Assembly: GCA_963840455.1 (NCBI GenBank)
Contig: CAWIYV010000011.1
Location: forward strand, 352,001-416,000
Length of the DNA stretch: 64,000 nucleotides
DNA from: Nitrospirota bacterium
Lineage (GTDB): Bacteria > Nitrospirota > UBA9217
Direction: 5' to 3'
Shown one piece after another: positions 50,520 to 62,650 of the stretch. Both the position numbers and the translations under genes were made by a program. Positions within the stretch are counted from its first letter, which is position 1, and the number at the start of each line of letters is the position of its first letter. The notes beneath the pieces are model-generated. The model saw only the letters and a program-made list of their open reading frames with translations, did no database searches and was not told the DNA's origin.

Positions 50520-50577
50520 CTCTCGACTGCTTTACGACTGGTTCTCGACTGAACTACGACTGTTTCTCGACTGCCCT
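50520..50577 (+). repeat. CGACTG array downstream of the four-helix-bundle gene
   Basis: Five CGACTG units, inverted relative to 50029-50120. Confidence 0.75.
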
Positions 50578-51966
50578 ATGACTGAATATAGAATCGAAAA
50601 AGACAGCCTCGGCGAAGTCAAGGTCCCGAAGGACGCGCTCTACGGCGCCCAGACCCAGCGGGCCGTGGAGAACTTCCCGGTCAGCGGCATCCGCTTTCCC
50701 CGCGTCTTCATCCGGGCGCTCGGGCTCATCAAGGCCGTCGCCGCCGAGGTGAACGCGGGCCTGGGACTGCTCGACGCGCAGATCGCGAACGCCATCCACC
50801 TGGCCGGCCTCGAGGTCGCCGAAGGGAAGTGGGACGATCAGTTCCCGCTCGACATCTTCCAGACCGGGTCGGGCACGTCCACGAACATGAACGCCAACGA
50901 GGTGATCGCCGGCCGGGCGACGCAGATCCTCGGCGGTACTGCCGTCCATCCCAACAACCACGTGAACATGGGCCAGTCTTCCAACGACGTCATCCCCGCG
51001 GCCATCCACGTAAGCGCCTACCTTCAATTGCAGGAAGTATATCTTCCCGCCTTCACCCACCTCCACAGTGCGCTCAAGAAACGCGAAGCAGAGCTTGCCG
51101 ATGTCGTCAAGACCGGCCGGACGCACCTCATGGATGCTCTGCCGGTCCGGATGGGCCAGGAGATCGGCGGCTGGGCGTTCCAGGTCCAACAGGCCATCGA
51201 GCGCGTCGAGTCCTGCCTGCCGCGGCTCGCACGCCTCGCCATCGGCGGTACGGCAGTGGGAACAGGCGTCAACGCGCCGAAGGAGTTCGGCGCGATCGTT
51301 GCCGGCAGGCTTGCCGGGCGAACAGGCCTTCCCTTCCAGGAAGCAAAGGACCACTTCGCGGCGCAGGCGGTCATGGACACGGCGGTTGAGCTGTCAGGCC
51401 ATCTCAAGGCCGCGGCCTCGTCGCTCATGAAGATCGCCAACGATCTGCGGTGGATGAACAGCGGTCCCATAGCCGGGCTCGGCGAGATCGCCCTCCCGTC
51501 GCTCCAGCCGGGATCCAGCATCATGCCCGGCAAGGTGAACCCCGTGATCTGCGAGTCCGTGATGATGGTCTGCGCCCAGGTGACCGGGAACGACGTGGTC
51601 ATCACCATATCGAACCAGCACGGCAACTTCCAGCTGAACGTGATGATGCCCGTGATCTCGCACAACCTGCTCCAGTCCATCACGCTGCTGGCGAATGGGG
51701 CGCGGCTGCTCGCCGACAGGGCCGTCGCCGGCTTTACCGTCAACCGGGAGCGCATCGCCGGGCTCGTGGACCAGAACCCGATCCTCGTGACCGCGCTGAA
51801 CCCCGTCGTCGGGTACGACAAGGCAGCGCAGATAGCCAAGAAGGCCTATGCGGAAGGAAGGTCCGTGAAGGACGTCGCTGCGGAGATGACGAAGCTGTCC
51901 AGAAACGAGCTGGACCGTCTTCTTGATCCGAAATCCATGACCCAGGGCGGGGTCGGGAGGGAATAA
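50578..51966 (+). CDS. fumC: Class II fumarate hydratase
   Basis: QTGSGTSTNMN, GSSIMPGKVNP. Confidence 0.95.
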   Translation: MTEYRIEKDSLGEVKVPKDALYGAQTQRAVENFPVSGIRFPRVFIRALGLIKAVAAEVNAGLGLLDAQIANAIHLAGLEVAEGKWDDQFPLDIFQTGSGTSTNMNANEVIAGRATQILGGTAVHPNNHVNMGQSSNDVIPAAIHVSAYLQLQEVYLPAFTHLHSALKKREAELADVVKTGRTHLMDALPVRMGQEIGGWAFQVQQAIERVESCLPRLARLAIGGTAVGTGVNAPKEFGAIVAGRLAGRTGLPFQEAKDHFAAQAVMDTAVELSGHLKAAASSLMKIANDLRWMNSGPIAGLGEIALPSLQPGSSIMPGKVNPVICESVMMVCAQVTGNDVVITISNQHGNFQLNVMMPVISHNLLQSITLLANGARLLADRAVAGFTVNRERIAGLVDQNPILVTALNPVVGYDKAAQIAKKAYAEGRSVKDVAAEMTKLSRNELDRLLDPKSMTQGGVGRE

Positions 51967-52136
51967 GCGAACCGACGCAGGGAAACTGCTCTTAACATTT
52001 CAAACTGGTGACTGGAGCCATCATCCGTGTGCAGACCTGTTCATCCGTTCATAAAACGATTTTCTCCATGGCCTCTGCGGTGTCTGTGGTAAAATGTTCT
52101 GCAGTCGATCTTGAAATATTGTAAGGAAATCTTTCC

Positions 52137-52802
52137 ATGCTCCCCACCTCTTCAGTCGGCAGAAAGCTCGTGATGGCGGCGACCGGCCAGATGATGATCA
52201 TCTTCGTCCTCTTCCATGTGGCCGGCAACTCGACCATCTATTTCGACAAGCTCAACGCCTATGCGGCCGGGCTCCATGCCTTCCCCTTCCTCGTATGGGC
52301 CGTCCGGCTCGTCATGCTGGTCGCCGTCTCCTTCCATATATACTATGCCATCCGGCTGAAGCTCGAGAACAATGCAGCCCGGCCTGAGCCGTATCAGAAG
52401 AAGAAAGAGATCGAATCCACCTTTGCCGGCAGGAACATGGTCTGGACCGGCGCCATCATCGGCACGTTCCTCGTGTATCACCTGCTCCACTTCACGTTCC
52501 AGGTGATCGACCCGGCAACTGCCGCACGCGCGCATCTCGACAATGCGGGCCGCCCCGATGTTTTCCTGATGGTGGCCCGGAGCTTCCAGAGGGCCGGAAT
52601 CGTTGCCGGCTACCTGTTCGCGGTGACCGCCCTGTGGTTCCATCTGACCCACGGCATCCAGAGCTCCTTCCAGACCTTCGGTCTGAACGGTGACCGGTCC
52701 TTCCCGCTGGTCCGGGGAGGGGGCTCCGTTGCAGCCCTCGGGCTCCTGGCCGCATATGCGTCCATACCATTGGCGATCTTCGCGGGACTGCTGCTGAGGT
52801 AG
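52137..52802 (+). CDS. sdhC: Succinate dehydrogenase/fumarate reductase cytochrome b subunit
   Basis: SSVGRKLVMA.TG, H..GN, HL.HG..S.FQT.G. Confidence 0.9.
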   Translation: MLPTSSVGRKLVMAATGQMMIIFVLFHVAGNSTIYFDKLNAYAAGLHAFPFLVWAVRLVMLVAVSFHIYYAIRLKLENNAARPEPYQKKKEIESTFAGRNMVWTGAIIGTFLVYHLLHFTFQVIDPATAARAHLDNAGRPDVFLMVARSFQRAGIVAGYLFAVTALWFHLTHGIQSSFQTFGLNGDRSFPLVRGGGSVAALGLLAAYASIPLAIFAGLLLR

Positions 52803-52817
52803 GAAGAAACGAATCTC

Positions 52818-52958
52818 GCCACAGAGACACAGAGGCACAGAGAACGACAAGAACGAATGCAACGCAGAATAACCATGATCGATTATGAATTCACGGTAAC
52901 TTCATAAACCATAATAATGATTTCAAGGTTCTCTCTGTGTTCTCTGTGCCTCTGTGGC
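52818..52958. repeat. CACAGAG/CTCTGTG inverted arrays around an AT-rich core, inside sdhC-sdhA
   Basis: CACAGAG x3 ... CTCTGTG x3. Confidence 0.75.
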
Positions 52959-52985
52959 AATATGTTGACTCTTCATCATTAAGGT

Positions 52986-54905
<1,920 letters not shown>

Positions 54906-54964
54906 AGCCTGCAAGCCTGCCAGCTTGCCAGCTGACAAGCAAGTAACACGATATTGAGGTACCT

Positions 54965-55705
54965 ATGAATCTAACACTCTACGTCTGGCGCCAGAGGGGG
55001 CCGAAGGACAAAGGCAGGCTCGTCCGGTATGAGGCGAGGGACATCACGCCCGACATGTCGTTCCTCGAAATGCTCGATGTGGTGAACGAGGCGCTGGTCA
55101 AGAAGGGTGAGGACCCCATAGCCTTCGACCACGACTGCCGCGAGGGCATCTGCGGCATGTGCGCGCAGGTCATCAACGGAATTCCACAGGGGCCGCAGAA
55201 AAAAACGACGGTCTGCCAGCTCCACATGCGCCACTTCAAGGACGGCGACACCATCTATATCGAGCCGCTGCGCGCCCGCGCATTCCCGGTCATCCGGGAC
55301 CTGGTCGTGGACCGCGGCTCCCTGGACAGGATCATCCAGTCCGGCGGCTACGTCTCGGTCCACACGGGCGGGGTGCCCGATGGCAACGCCGTCCTCATCC
55401 CGAAGGCGGATGCCGACAAGGCCATGGACGCCGCCGAGTGCATCGGCTGCGGCGCCTGCGTGGCCGCCTGCCCCAACGGCTCCGCCATGCTCTTCACCGC
55501 CGCCAAGGTGACCCAGCTCGCGCTCCTGCCCCAGGGCAGGGTCGAGGCAGCGAGGCGCGTCTGCCTCATGACCGAGGAGATGCTCGAACAGGGCTTCGGT
55601 AACTGCGGCAACCACTACGAATGCCAGGCCGCCTGTCCCAAGGGCATCAAGGTCCAGTTCATCGCCAAGCTCAACCGGGAGTTCATCAAGGCGCAGGTGA
55701 AGTAA
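54965..55705 (+). CDS. sdhB: Succinate dehydrogenase/fumarate reductase Fe-S subunit
   Basis: [22 protein letters not shown]....ECQAACP. Confidence 0.95.
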   Translation: MNLTLYVWRQRGPKDKGRLVRYEARDITPDMSFLEMLDVVNEALVKKGEDPIAFDHDCREGICGMCAQVINGIPQGPQKKTTVCQLHMRHFKDGDTIYIEPLRARAFPVIRDLVVDRGSLDRIIQSGGYVSVHTGGVPDGNAVLIPKADADKAMDAAECIGCGACVAACPNGSAMLFTAAKVTQLALLPQGRVEAARRVCLMTEEMLEQGFGNCGNHYECQAACPKGIKVQFIAKLNREFIKAQVK

Positions 55706-55815
55706 AGCTGAAATTTGACATTGCAAAATTGGCAGCCCTGTGCTATTTATAGAGTTGATCGCGTCATAAGTAATCCCTATACCCTGAAGCATTTCCCTAC
55801 CACAAGGAGGTCTGT

Positions 55816-57006
55816 ATGAGACGGTTGTCGGTCCTGATAGCACTGTTGTTCCTATTCGGCTTCTTTGCTTTGCCGGTCCTGGCCGCGGATACTTTTGATC
55901 TCGTCATCCCGCTCCCGCTCACGGGCAAGCCTGCCAAGTTCGGTGAGATCATGAAGCGCTCCTACGAGATGGCCGCCGAGGAGATCAATGCCAAAGGCGG
56001 CGTGAAGGGCAAGAAGATCGCCCTGTCCTTCGAGGATTCCAACGGCAAGCCGGAGACGGCCCGCGCCATCGTCGAGAAGCTGATCGATTCGAAGAAGCAG
56101 CCCATCATCGTCGGCGAGTACACCTCGTCGTGTGCAAAGGCCGTCGCAGCCGTGGCCGAGGAGCGCAAGACTCCCTACCTCGTCGTGGCAAGCGCCGACG
56201 ACGACATCACCCAGAAGAACTATAAGTACGTGTTCCGGCAGAACCAGGTGAACGCCCATTACGGCGATGCCGTCGTCGACTTCCTGAAGACCGTCGTAAA
56301 GCCCAAGACCATCGCCATCCTCTTCGAAAGCTCGGCCTTCGGGACCTCGGGCGCTGATGCCATGGAGAAGGACGCGGCCTCCTTCGGCGCCAAGGTCGTG
56401 CTGAAGGAGAAGTTCGAGACCGGCGCCATCGATTTCAAGCCGCTCCTGTCGAAGGTCAAGGCGGCGCAGCCTGACGTGATCTACACCGTCGCCTATGCCA
56501 ACGAGGCCCAGCTCATCATGAAGCAGGCCAAGGAGCTGCGAATCGATGCCAAGCTCTACGCCGGCGGGGCAGCCGGATTCGCGATCCCCGAGTTCATCAA
56601 AGGCGCCCAGGATGCCGCCGAATATGTGGTCAGCGCCACGCTCTGGACGCCGCAGCTTAAATATCCCGGCGCAAGGGAATTTGCCGACAAATACAAGGCA
56701 AAGTATAATGACTACCCATCCTACCACGGCGCCTCGGCCTATGCCGCGCTTTACGTGACTGCTGACGCCCTCAACCGCGCAAAGGACTGGACATCCGACG
56801 GCATTCGCGATGCGCTCAAGGCGACAAACCTTAAGACCGCCTACGGGCCGGTGAAGTTCGAGGACAAGGAAGGGTACCAGAACCAGAACTTCCACGAGAC
56901 CTTCGCGATCCAGGTGCAGAAGGGCGAGTTCGAGACCGTGTGGCCCAAGTCCCAGGCCAGCAAGCCCTATATCTACCCGGTGCCGTCGTGGAAGGACAGG
57001 AAATAA
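55816..57006 (+). CDS. Branched-chain amino acid-type ABC substrate-binding protein
   Basis: Signal peptide; PLTG...EEINAKGGVKG. Confidence 0.9.
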   Translation: MRRLSVLIALLFLFGFFALPVLAADTFDLVIPLPLTGKPAKFGEIMKRSYEMAAEEINAKGGVKGKKIALSFEDSNGKPETARAIVEKLIDSKKQPIIVGEYTSSCAKAVAAVAEERKTPYLVVASADDDITQKNYKYVFRQNQVNAHYGDAVVDFLKTVVKPKTIAILFESSAFGTSGADAMEKDAASFGAKVVLKEKFETGAIDFKPLLSKVKAAQPDVIYTVAYANEAQLIMKQAKELRIDAKLYAGGAAGFAIPEFIKGAQDAAEYVVSATLWTPQLKYPGAREFADKYKAKYNDYPSYHGASAYAALYVTADALNRAKDWTSDGIRDALKATNLKTAYGPVKFEDKEGYQNQNFHETFAIQVQKGEFETVWPKSQASKPYIYPVPSWKDRK

Positions 57007-57010
57007 CATC

Positions 57011-57092
57011 ATTGCGGATTTCGGATTGTAGCTTGCGGATTCGATCCGCAGACCGAACGCCAATCCGAAATCCGCATTCCACAATCCGCAAT
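57011..57092. repeat. 7-nt-period inverted repeats
   Basis: TGCGGAT/TTCGGAT units ... AATCCG(A/C) units. Confidence 0.7.
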
Positions 57093-57105
57093 TAAAGGGT
57101 TGTTC

Positions 57106-58035
57106 ATGACCGCAGTCCAAACCGAGGTCCTGCTCCAGACGCTCATCTCCGGCATTCTGCTCGGCGGCCTCTACGCCTTGATCGGGATCGGCATGACCAT
57201 CATCATGGGCGTGATGAAGATCATCAACCTCGCCCATGGCGAGCTGATGATGGTGGCGATGTATATCGCCTACGTGCTCTTCTCGACGTTCCACATCGAT
57301 CCCTATCTTTCGATCATCGTTGCGGCGCCCGCGCTCTTCCTGCTCGGCGTCGGCCTCCAGAAGTACCTCATCAACCCGGTCCTGAAGGTGGATTCCATCC
57401 TGCCGGAGAACCAGGTGATCCTGACCGTCGGGATCGGCATGGTACTGGCGAACCTCGCCACGATCATCTTCCAGTCCGACTACCGCCAGACGCCGGTCTC
57501 CTACGGCACCAAGGCCTGGTACCTGCGCGACTACTGGAAGGACTCGCCCGTGGACATCTCCCTGTCCATGCCCTGGACCGTCTCCTTCACCATGGCCCTC
57601 CTGATCACCGGCGGCCTCTGGTTCTTTCTGACCAAGACGGACACGGGCAAATCCATCCGCGCCACGGCGCAGGACCTGGATGCCGCGCAGCTCATGGGCG
57701 TGAACGTGGAGCGCATGCGCGTCATCACCTTCGGCCTCGGCTCGTCGCTGGTCGGCGCGGCAGGCTGCCTCTTCATCCCGATCTACTACATCTATCCCGA
57801 CATAGGCGGCCAGTTCACGCTCATCTCCTTCGTTATCACGATCCTGGGCGGGCTCGGTTCCACGGTCGGTGCGATCATCGGCGGCCTGATCCTCGGGCTC
57901 TTTGAATCGCTCACGGCGACTTACATCGGCATGGGCTGGGCGCCCGTCGGCCGGTTCGTGATCTTCGTCGCCGCGCTCATCTTTATCCCCGGCGGCGTGG
58001 CCTCGCTGCTCCGGAGCAGGAAGTTGGGAAAGTAG
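57106..58035 (+). CDS. ABC permease, LivH-like
   Basis: GGLYALIG.G...INLAHGE; IRATAQD. Confidence 0.9.
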   Translation: MTAVQTEVLLQTLISGILLGGLYALIGIGMTIIMGVMKIINLAHGELMMVAMYIAYVLFSTFHIDPYLSIIVAAPALFLLGVGLQKYLINPVLKVDSILPENQVILTVGIGMVLANLATIIFQSDYRQTPVSYGTKAWYLRDYWKDSPVDISLSMPWTVSFTMALLITGGLWFFLTKTDTGKSIRATAQDLDAAQLMGVNVERMRVITFGLGSSLVGAAGCLFIPIYYIYPDIGGQFTLISFVITILGGLGSTVGAIIGGLILGLFESLTATYIGMGWAPVGRFVIFVAALIFIPGGVASLLRSRKLGK

Positions 58036-58047
58036 CAAGACCCTCTT

Positions 58048-58117
58048 GACACTGAGGACTCTGAAGAATCTTATGAAAGATACTGCTCATTCATACTTGT
58101 TCAGTGTCCCCAGTGTC
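58048..58117. repeat. Short inverted repeat pair
   Basis: GACACTGAGGACTCTGAA ... TTCAGTGTCCCCAGTGTC. Confidence 0.55.
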
Positions 58118-58120
58118 TAA

Positions 58121-59071
58121 ATGGATTTCATGAAAAAATATATTACCTACATAGTCCTCGGCCTGCTCGCGTTGCTGCCGCTCCTGGGCCTGAGTTCCTA
58201 CGTGATGCACATCCTGATCCTCGTCATCATGTGGTCCGTCATCGGCATGGCCTGGAACCTCCTCTCGGGATATTGCGGCCAGGTCTCCTTTGGACACGCA
58301 GCCTTCTTCGGCGTCGGCGCCTACACCGCCGGCATGCTCTACAGCAAGCTCGGGATCTCGGGATGGTGGGGCTTCCCGGCAAGCGTGTTTGTCGTATCCC
58401 TCTGCGCGCTGGGCATCGGCTACATCTGTCTCCGGCTCCGCGGACCCTACTTTGCCTTGGCCACGCTGGCCATGGGCGTGATCTTCCGGATCGTGGCCGA
58501 GAACCTCGTCGGCGTCACCGGCGGCGACCTGGGCATCATGCTGCGGGAGCGCACGTGGATCGACAAGACCTGGTACTTTTACATCATCCTGATCGTTGCT
58601 GCAGCCACCTATTACCTGGTCCGGAAGGTCATCGAGTCCAAGCTCGGCTACTATTTCGTCGCCATCCGCGAGGACCAGGACGCGGCCGAATCCCTCGGGA
58701 TCGACACCACGAAGTACAAGACCATCGCGCTCATCCTGAGCGCCGTGATCACGGGCTTTGCCGGCGTCTTTTACATGAACTACATGGGCTACATCGATCC
58801 CAAGGTCGTGTTCGCCCTCCATGACATCTCGATCATCACGATCATGGTCGTCATGGTCGGCGGCGTGGCAACCTTCTGGGGGCCCGTCGTCGGCGCCATC
58901 ATCATGGTGCTCCTGGCCGAGATGATCCGCTCCATCCCCAAGCTCGGCACTGCACACCACACCTTCTTCGGCATCCTGCTGATCGTCATCATCATCTTCC
59001 TACCCAACGGCATCGTCGGGGATTTCGGCAAGATCAAAAAGATCTTCGGGGCGCGGAGGCCTGCGGCATGA
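58121..59071 (+). CDS. ABC permease, LivM-like
   Basis: GQVSFGHAAFFG; RGPYFALATL; AIRED. Confidence 0.9.
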   Translation: MDFMKKYITYIVLGLLALLPLLGLSSYVMHILILVIMWSVIGMAWNLLSGYCGQVSFGHAAFFGVGAYTAGMLYSKLGISGWWGFPASVFVVSLCALGIGYICLRLRGPYFALATLAMGVIFRIVAENLVGVTGGDLGIMLRERTWIDKTWYFYIILIVAAATYYLVRKVIESKLGYYFVAIREDQDAAESLGIDTTKYKTIALILSAVITGFAGVFYMNYMGYIDPKVVFALHDISIITIMVVMVGGVATFWGPVVGAIIMVLLAEMIRSIPKLGTAHHTFFGILLIVIIIFLPNGIVGDFGKIKKIFGARRPAA

Positions 59072-59790
59072 GCCTGCTTCAGGTCAAGAAGGTCTCCCGC
59101 TTCTTCGGCGGGCTCGCGGCAGTCAAGGATGTCTCCTTCGAGGTCAACAAGGGCGAGATCGTGGGCCTCATCGGCCCGAATGGCGCCGGCAAAACAACGC
59201 TGTTCAACGTAATCAACGGCTTCTACGCGCCGTCACGCGGCGAGGTCCTGCTCCGCGGCAAGCGCATCTCGGGCCTCAAACCCCACCAGATCTGCCAGCA
59301 GGGCATGGCCCGGACGTTCCAGGTCGTGAAACCGCTCCAGCGGATGAGCGTGCTGGACAATGTCGTCGCGTCGGCATTTCTCCGTGCAAAGGACCGCAAA
59401 GAGGCCGATGCTATCGCCGAGGATACGCTCAAGTTCACCGGCCTCTTCGAGGACCGCACGGTGATCTCCAAGGGGCTTCCCCTGGGCAAGCGGAAGCGGC
59501 TCGAGATCGCCCGCGCCCTCGCCACCCGGCCCGAGCTGCTGCTCCTCGACGAGTCCTTCGCCGGCCTGAACCCGTCCGAGCTGGACGAGTCCATCGGCAT
59601 CATCCGCAGGATCAAGGAAAAAGGCATCACCATCATGATCATCGAGCACCATATGAAGGTGATCATGTCCATTTCGGACCGCATCGTGGTCCTAAGCTAC
59701 GGCGAAAAGCTTGCCGAGGGAACGCCTGCCGAGATCGGCAGGAACCCGCAGGTCATCGAAGCCTATTTGGGAGAGGCGCAGAGTGCTTGA
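59068..59790 (+). CDS. ABC ATPase, LivG-like
   Basis: [23 protein letters not shown]. Confidence 0.92.
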   Translation: MSLLQVKKVSRFFGGLAAVKDVSFEVNKGEIVGLIGPNGAGKTTLFNVINGFYAPSRGEVLLRGKRISGLKPHQICQQGMARTFQVVKPLQRMSVLDNVVASAFLRAKDRKEADAIAEDTLKFTGLFEDRTVISKGLPLGKRKRLEIARALATRPELLLLDESFAGLNPSELDESIGIIRRIKEKGITIMIIEHHMKVIMSISDRIVVLSYGEKLAEGTPAEIGRNPQVIEAYLGEAQSA

Positions 59791-60487
59791 GGTCCGCAAC
59801 ATAGACGTCTTTTACGGCGATGTGCAGGTCATCTGGGACATCTCCTTTGACGTGAAGCAGGGCGAGGTGGTCGCGCTTATCGGCGCGAACGGTGCCGGCA
59901 AATCCACGACCTTGAAGACCGTGTCGGGCCTCCTGAAGCCGCGAACGGGATCGGTCTCGTTCAACGGCGAGAACCTCTCATCGGTCGAGGCGTTTCACCG
60001 CATCGACCGCGGCATGGCGCTCTGCCCCGAGGCGCGCCGGCTCTTCGTGGAAATGACCGTCGAGGAGAATCTCGATATGGGCTCGCTCCGCGGCGAGGCA
60101 AAACAGAAGCGGGCTCAGACGAAAGAGATGGTCTACACCCTGTTCCCCAGGCTCAAGGAGCGTCTCGCGCAACTTGCCGGCACCCTCTCCGGCGGCGAGC
60201 AGCAGATGGTGGCAGTCGGGCGGGGCCTCATGTCGCTCCCGAAGCTCCTGATGTTCGATGAACCGTCTCTGGGGCTGGCGCCAATTCTGGTGCGCGAGAT
60301 CTTCGATGTGATCAAAAAGATCCGCCAGGAAGGCACAACGGTCCTGATCGTGGAGCAGAATGTGAAGCAGACCCTTGCCATTGCGGACCGTGCTTACGTT
60401 CTCGAGCATGGACGGGTTTCGATGCAGGGAGCGGGTAAGGACCTCTTGAACGACCCCCATGTCAAGGCGGCGTATCTAGGATTGTGA
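59783..60487 (+). CDS. ABC ATPase, LivF-like
   Basis: GANGAGKST, LSGGEQQM, DEPSLGLAP; GTG start. Confidence 0.92.
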   Translation: MLEVRNIDVFYGDVQVIWDISFDVKQGEVVALIGANGAGKSTTLKTVSGLLKPRTGSVSFNGENLSSVEAFHRIDRGMALCPEARRLFVEMTVEENLDMGSLRGEAKQKRAQTKEMVYTLFPRLKERLAQLAGTLSGGEQQMVAVGRGLMSLPKLLMFDEPSLGLAPILVREIFDVIKKIRQEGTTVLIVEQNVKQTLAIADRAYVLEHGRVSMQGAGKDLLNDPHVKAAYLGL

Positions 60488-60511
60488 TAGACTCAAGGTA
60501 GGGAGGCGGCC

Positions 60512-61156
60512 ATGTACGTATCCGACTGGATGACGAAAAAGGTATTCACCGTCGGGCCCGACGATTATCTTTCCGATGCAATCACGCTGATGCGGGAAAA
60601 GGGCATCAAGCACCTTCCCGTCGTGAAAGGCGGCAGGATCAAGGGGATCATCTCGGACCGGGACATCAAGGAATACACGCCCTCTAAAGCAACGACCCTC
60701 GACATCTACGAGCTCCACTACCTCCTGGCGAACATGAAGATCAAGGAGCTCATGAGGACCAAAGTCATCACGACGGCCCCCGATACCCCCGTGGAAGAGG
60801 CCGCCATGGTCATGCTCGACCAGAACATCTGCTGCCTGCCCGTCGTGGACAGCGGCAGCCTCGTAGGGATCATCTCGGACAAAGACATCTTTCACGCCAT
60901 GGTGGATATCACGGGCGTGCGCCACGGCGGCCACCGCATCTGCGTGACCATCGAGGACCGGCCGGGCACGATCCGGGAGGTAGCTGACATCGTCCGCAAG
61001 CACGGCTTCCATTTGCACGGGATCCTGACATCCTACGAAGGGGTCAGGGAGGGATTCCGTAAGATCGTGATCCGGACCACCGAGATGGGTGATTTCAAGG
61101 GATTGAAGGAAGATCTGCTGGACAATTACCGGAACGTCCAGATCAGGAAAGGGTAG
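60512..61156 (+). CDS. CBS-pair + ACT protein (AcuB-like)
   Basis: HLPVV..GIISDRD, CLPVV, EDRPG. Confidence 0.88.
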   Translation: MYVSDWMTKKVFTVGPDDYLSDAITLMREKGIKHLPVVKGGRIKGIISDRDIKEYTPSKATTLDIYELHYLLANMKIKELMRTKVITTAPDTPVEEAAMVMLDQNICCLPVVDSGSLVGIISDKDIFHAMVDITGVRHGGHRICVTIEDRPGTIREVADIVRKHGFHLHGILTSYEGVREGFRKIVIRTTEMGDFKGLKEDLLDNYRNVQIRKG

Positions 61157-61183
61157 CGCGCAATAGCACTGAGCATCATGGCA

Positions 61184-61210
61184 AAGGCCGGGGAACATAT
61201 CCCCGGCCTT
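61184..61210. terminator. Hairpin between convergent genes
   Basis: AAGGCCGGGGA-ACATA-TCCCCGGCCTT. Confidence 0.65.
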
Positions 61211-61241
61211 ATGTATTCCTGCCCCCACGGCGATGTTGCGG

Positions 61242-62357
61242 TCACGCCGCCTTCTTCATTGTCCGCACGCTGAACTTTTTCTCCAGCACCTCCAGCTTTT
61301 CCATGATGCCCGTATACTCCAGCTCGTTCATCGGCAGCATGGCGGCCCCGAAGAACCCCTGCTTCCGCATATCCATGGCCTTGTCCGCCACATGGTCCCT
61401 CACCCGGTCCCAGAAGGGATGGTCGAAGGCATCAATAGGCTCGGTCAACTTGCCGTTGCGGATGCAGAACGTGGCGCAGCTTACAATGGGCGGGCCGTCA
61501 AAGTAGCTGATCGTGGTGTTCAGCTTCACGGGCATAAGCGGCATGTTGTGCGAGCCCCGCATACAACCGGCGACAAAGTGGCCGAGGGAGAAGGGCTGGA
61601 GCACCTCGCCCGTAGCCGGGAAGTCCATCTGGCTCCGGACGAGCATCACCGGGTCGTCCTTGCCCGTGTATTTCCCCGCGATGTTGTGGAGCCGCGACGT
61701 CGCCACGGAGACCGCCTGCGTGCCCGCGGCACGGGACCAGACAGACTCCACCACGAACCGCTCCGCGTCTCGGAGCAATGTCGCGATATCATACAGGTCC
61801 TCCGGGGCATTCAGCTCGATGACCCGGTCGCCTTCGGTGTGGTTCACGTCCATGATCACGAACTTGAAGCCTTTCGCCAGCTTAGGCGACAGCATCAATC
61901 CCGGCGTGTTCATGGCGTCGCTGAAGGCAAGGTAGAGCGGAAGGTTATAGGCGCCGGGGTCGGTCTTATCGGCAGCAAAGAACAGGAAGGGCTCGCCCGG
62001 CCGCTCCTCGAACTCCATCTCCGTGACCGCAGGCCCCATGCCGTGCACGTTCCCGGAGAACGCATCCTTCAGAAGGTCCTGGCCCGCTCCGTACAGGCCC
62101 TGGGCTTTCGCGACTGCGGTGCCGGCCAGGAACGCCTCCCACGCCAGCTTGTGGACCTGCTCGTTCCCTTCACCGTTCGCATGGGTCATGAGTATGGCCA
62201 CGTCGTCACCGGTGTAGCTCACATAGTTGTCGATCAGCAATCCCCTGCCCTTTTCCTGGACATGCCTCCGCACGGTCTCCAGCAGTTTTTCCGAGGGTGC
62301 AATATGCCCTCCCACGGACCCGATATCGGCCTTGATCACGCTCACCGTTATCTTCAT
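61242..62357 (-). CDS. fbp: Fructose-1,6-bisphosphate aldolase/phosphatase (class V)
   Basis: KADIGSVGGH, GDD, YGAGQDLL.DAFSGN, GKDDP, MRGSH, ELEYT. Confidence 0.95.
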   Translation of the reverse strand: MKITVSVIKADIGSVGGHIAPSEKLLETVRRHVQEKGRGLLIDNYVSYTGDDVAILMTHANGEGNEQVHKLAWEAFLAGTAVAKAQGLYGAGQDLLKDAFSGNVHGMGPAVTEMEFEERPGEPFLFFAADKTDPGAYNLPLYLAFSDAMNTPGLMLSPKLAKGFKFVIMDVNHTEGDRVIELNAPEDLYDIATLLRDAERFVVESVWSRAAGTQAVSVATSRLHNIAGKYTGKDDPVMLVRSQMDFPATGEVLQPFSLGHFVAGCMRGSHNMPLMPVKLNTTISYFDGPPIVSCATFCIRNGKLTEPIDAFDHPFWDRVRDHVADKAMDMRKQGFFGAAMLPMNELEYTGIMEKLEVLEKKFSVRTMKKAA

Positions 62358-62650
62358 GGCTTCCTCCTTTCGCATAACAGTTGCAGCTCGTTGAAACTCA
62401 TGCCTCTGGCTCGAACTGACTAATTATATGATAGCACTACTTTGAGAAAATAGTTATGGCTGGTCACGATCCCGAATTGCTGTCCCACCTGAAAGAAAAA
62501 GCCGTCATCCTGAAGGATGAAGGCCTGAATTGATGTTAAATTGACCACGGTCCGTTCCGACCGGATGCGGTCGGCGAGGATCATCGTCCCGCCCCGCAGA
62601 ACACCCAGCGCTCTGACCGCAGAGAAGGCTTTCGCTTTCCCGCCGGTCCG

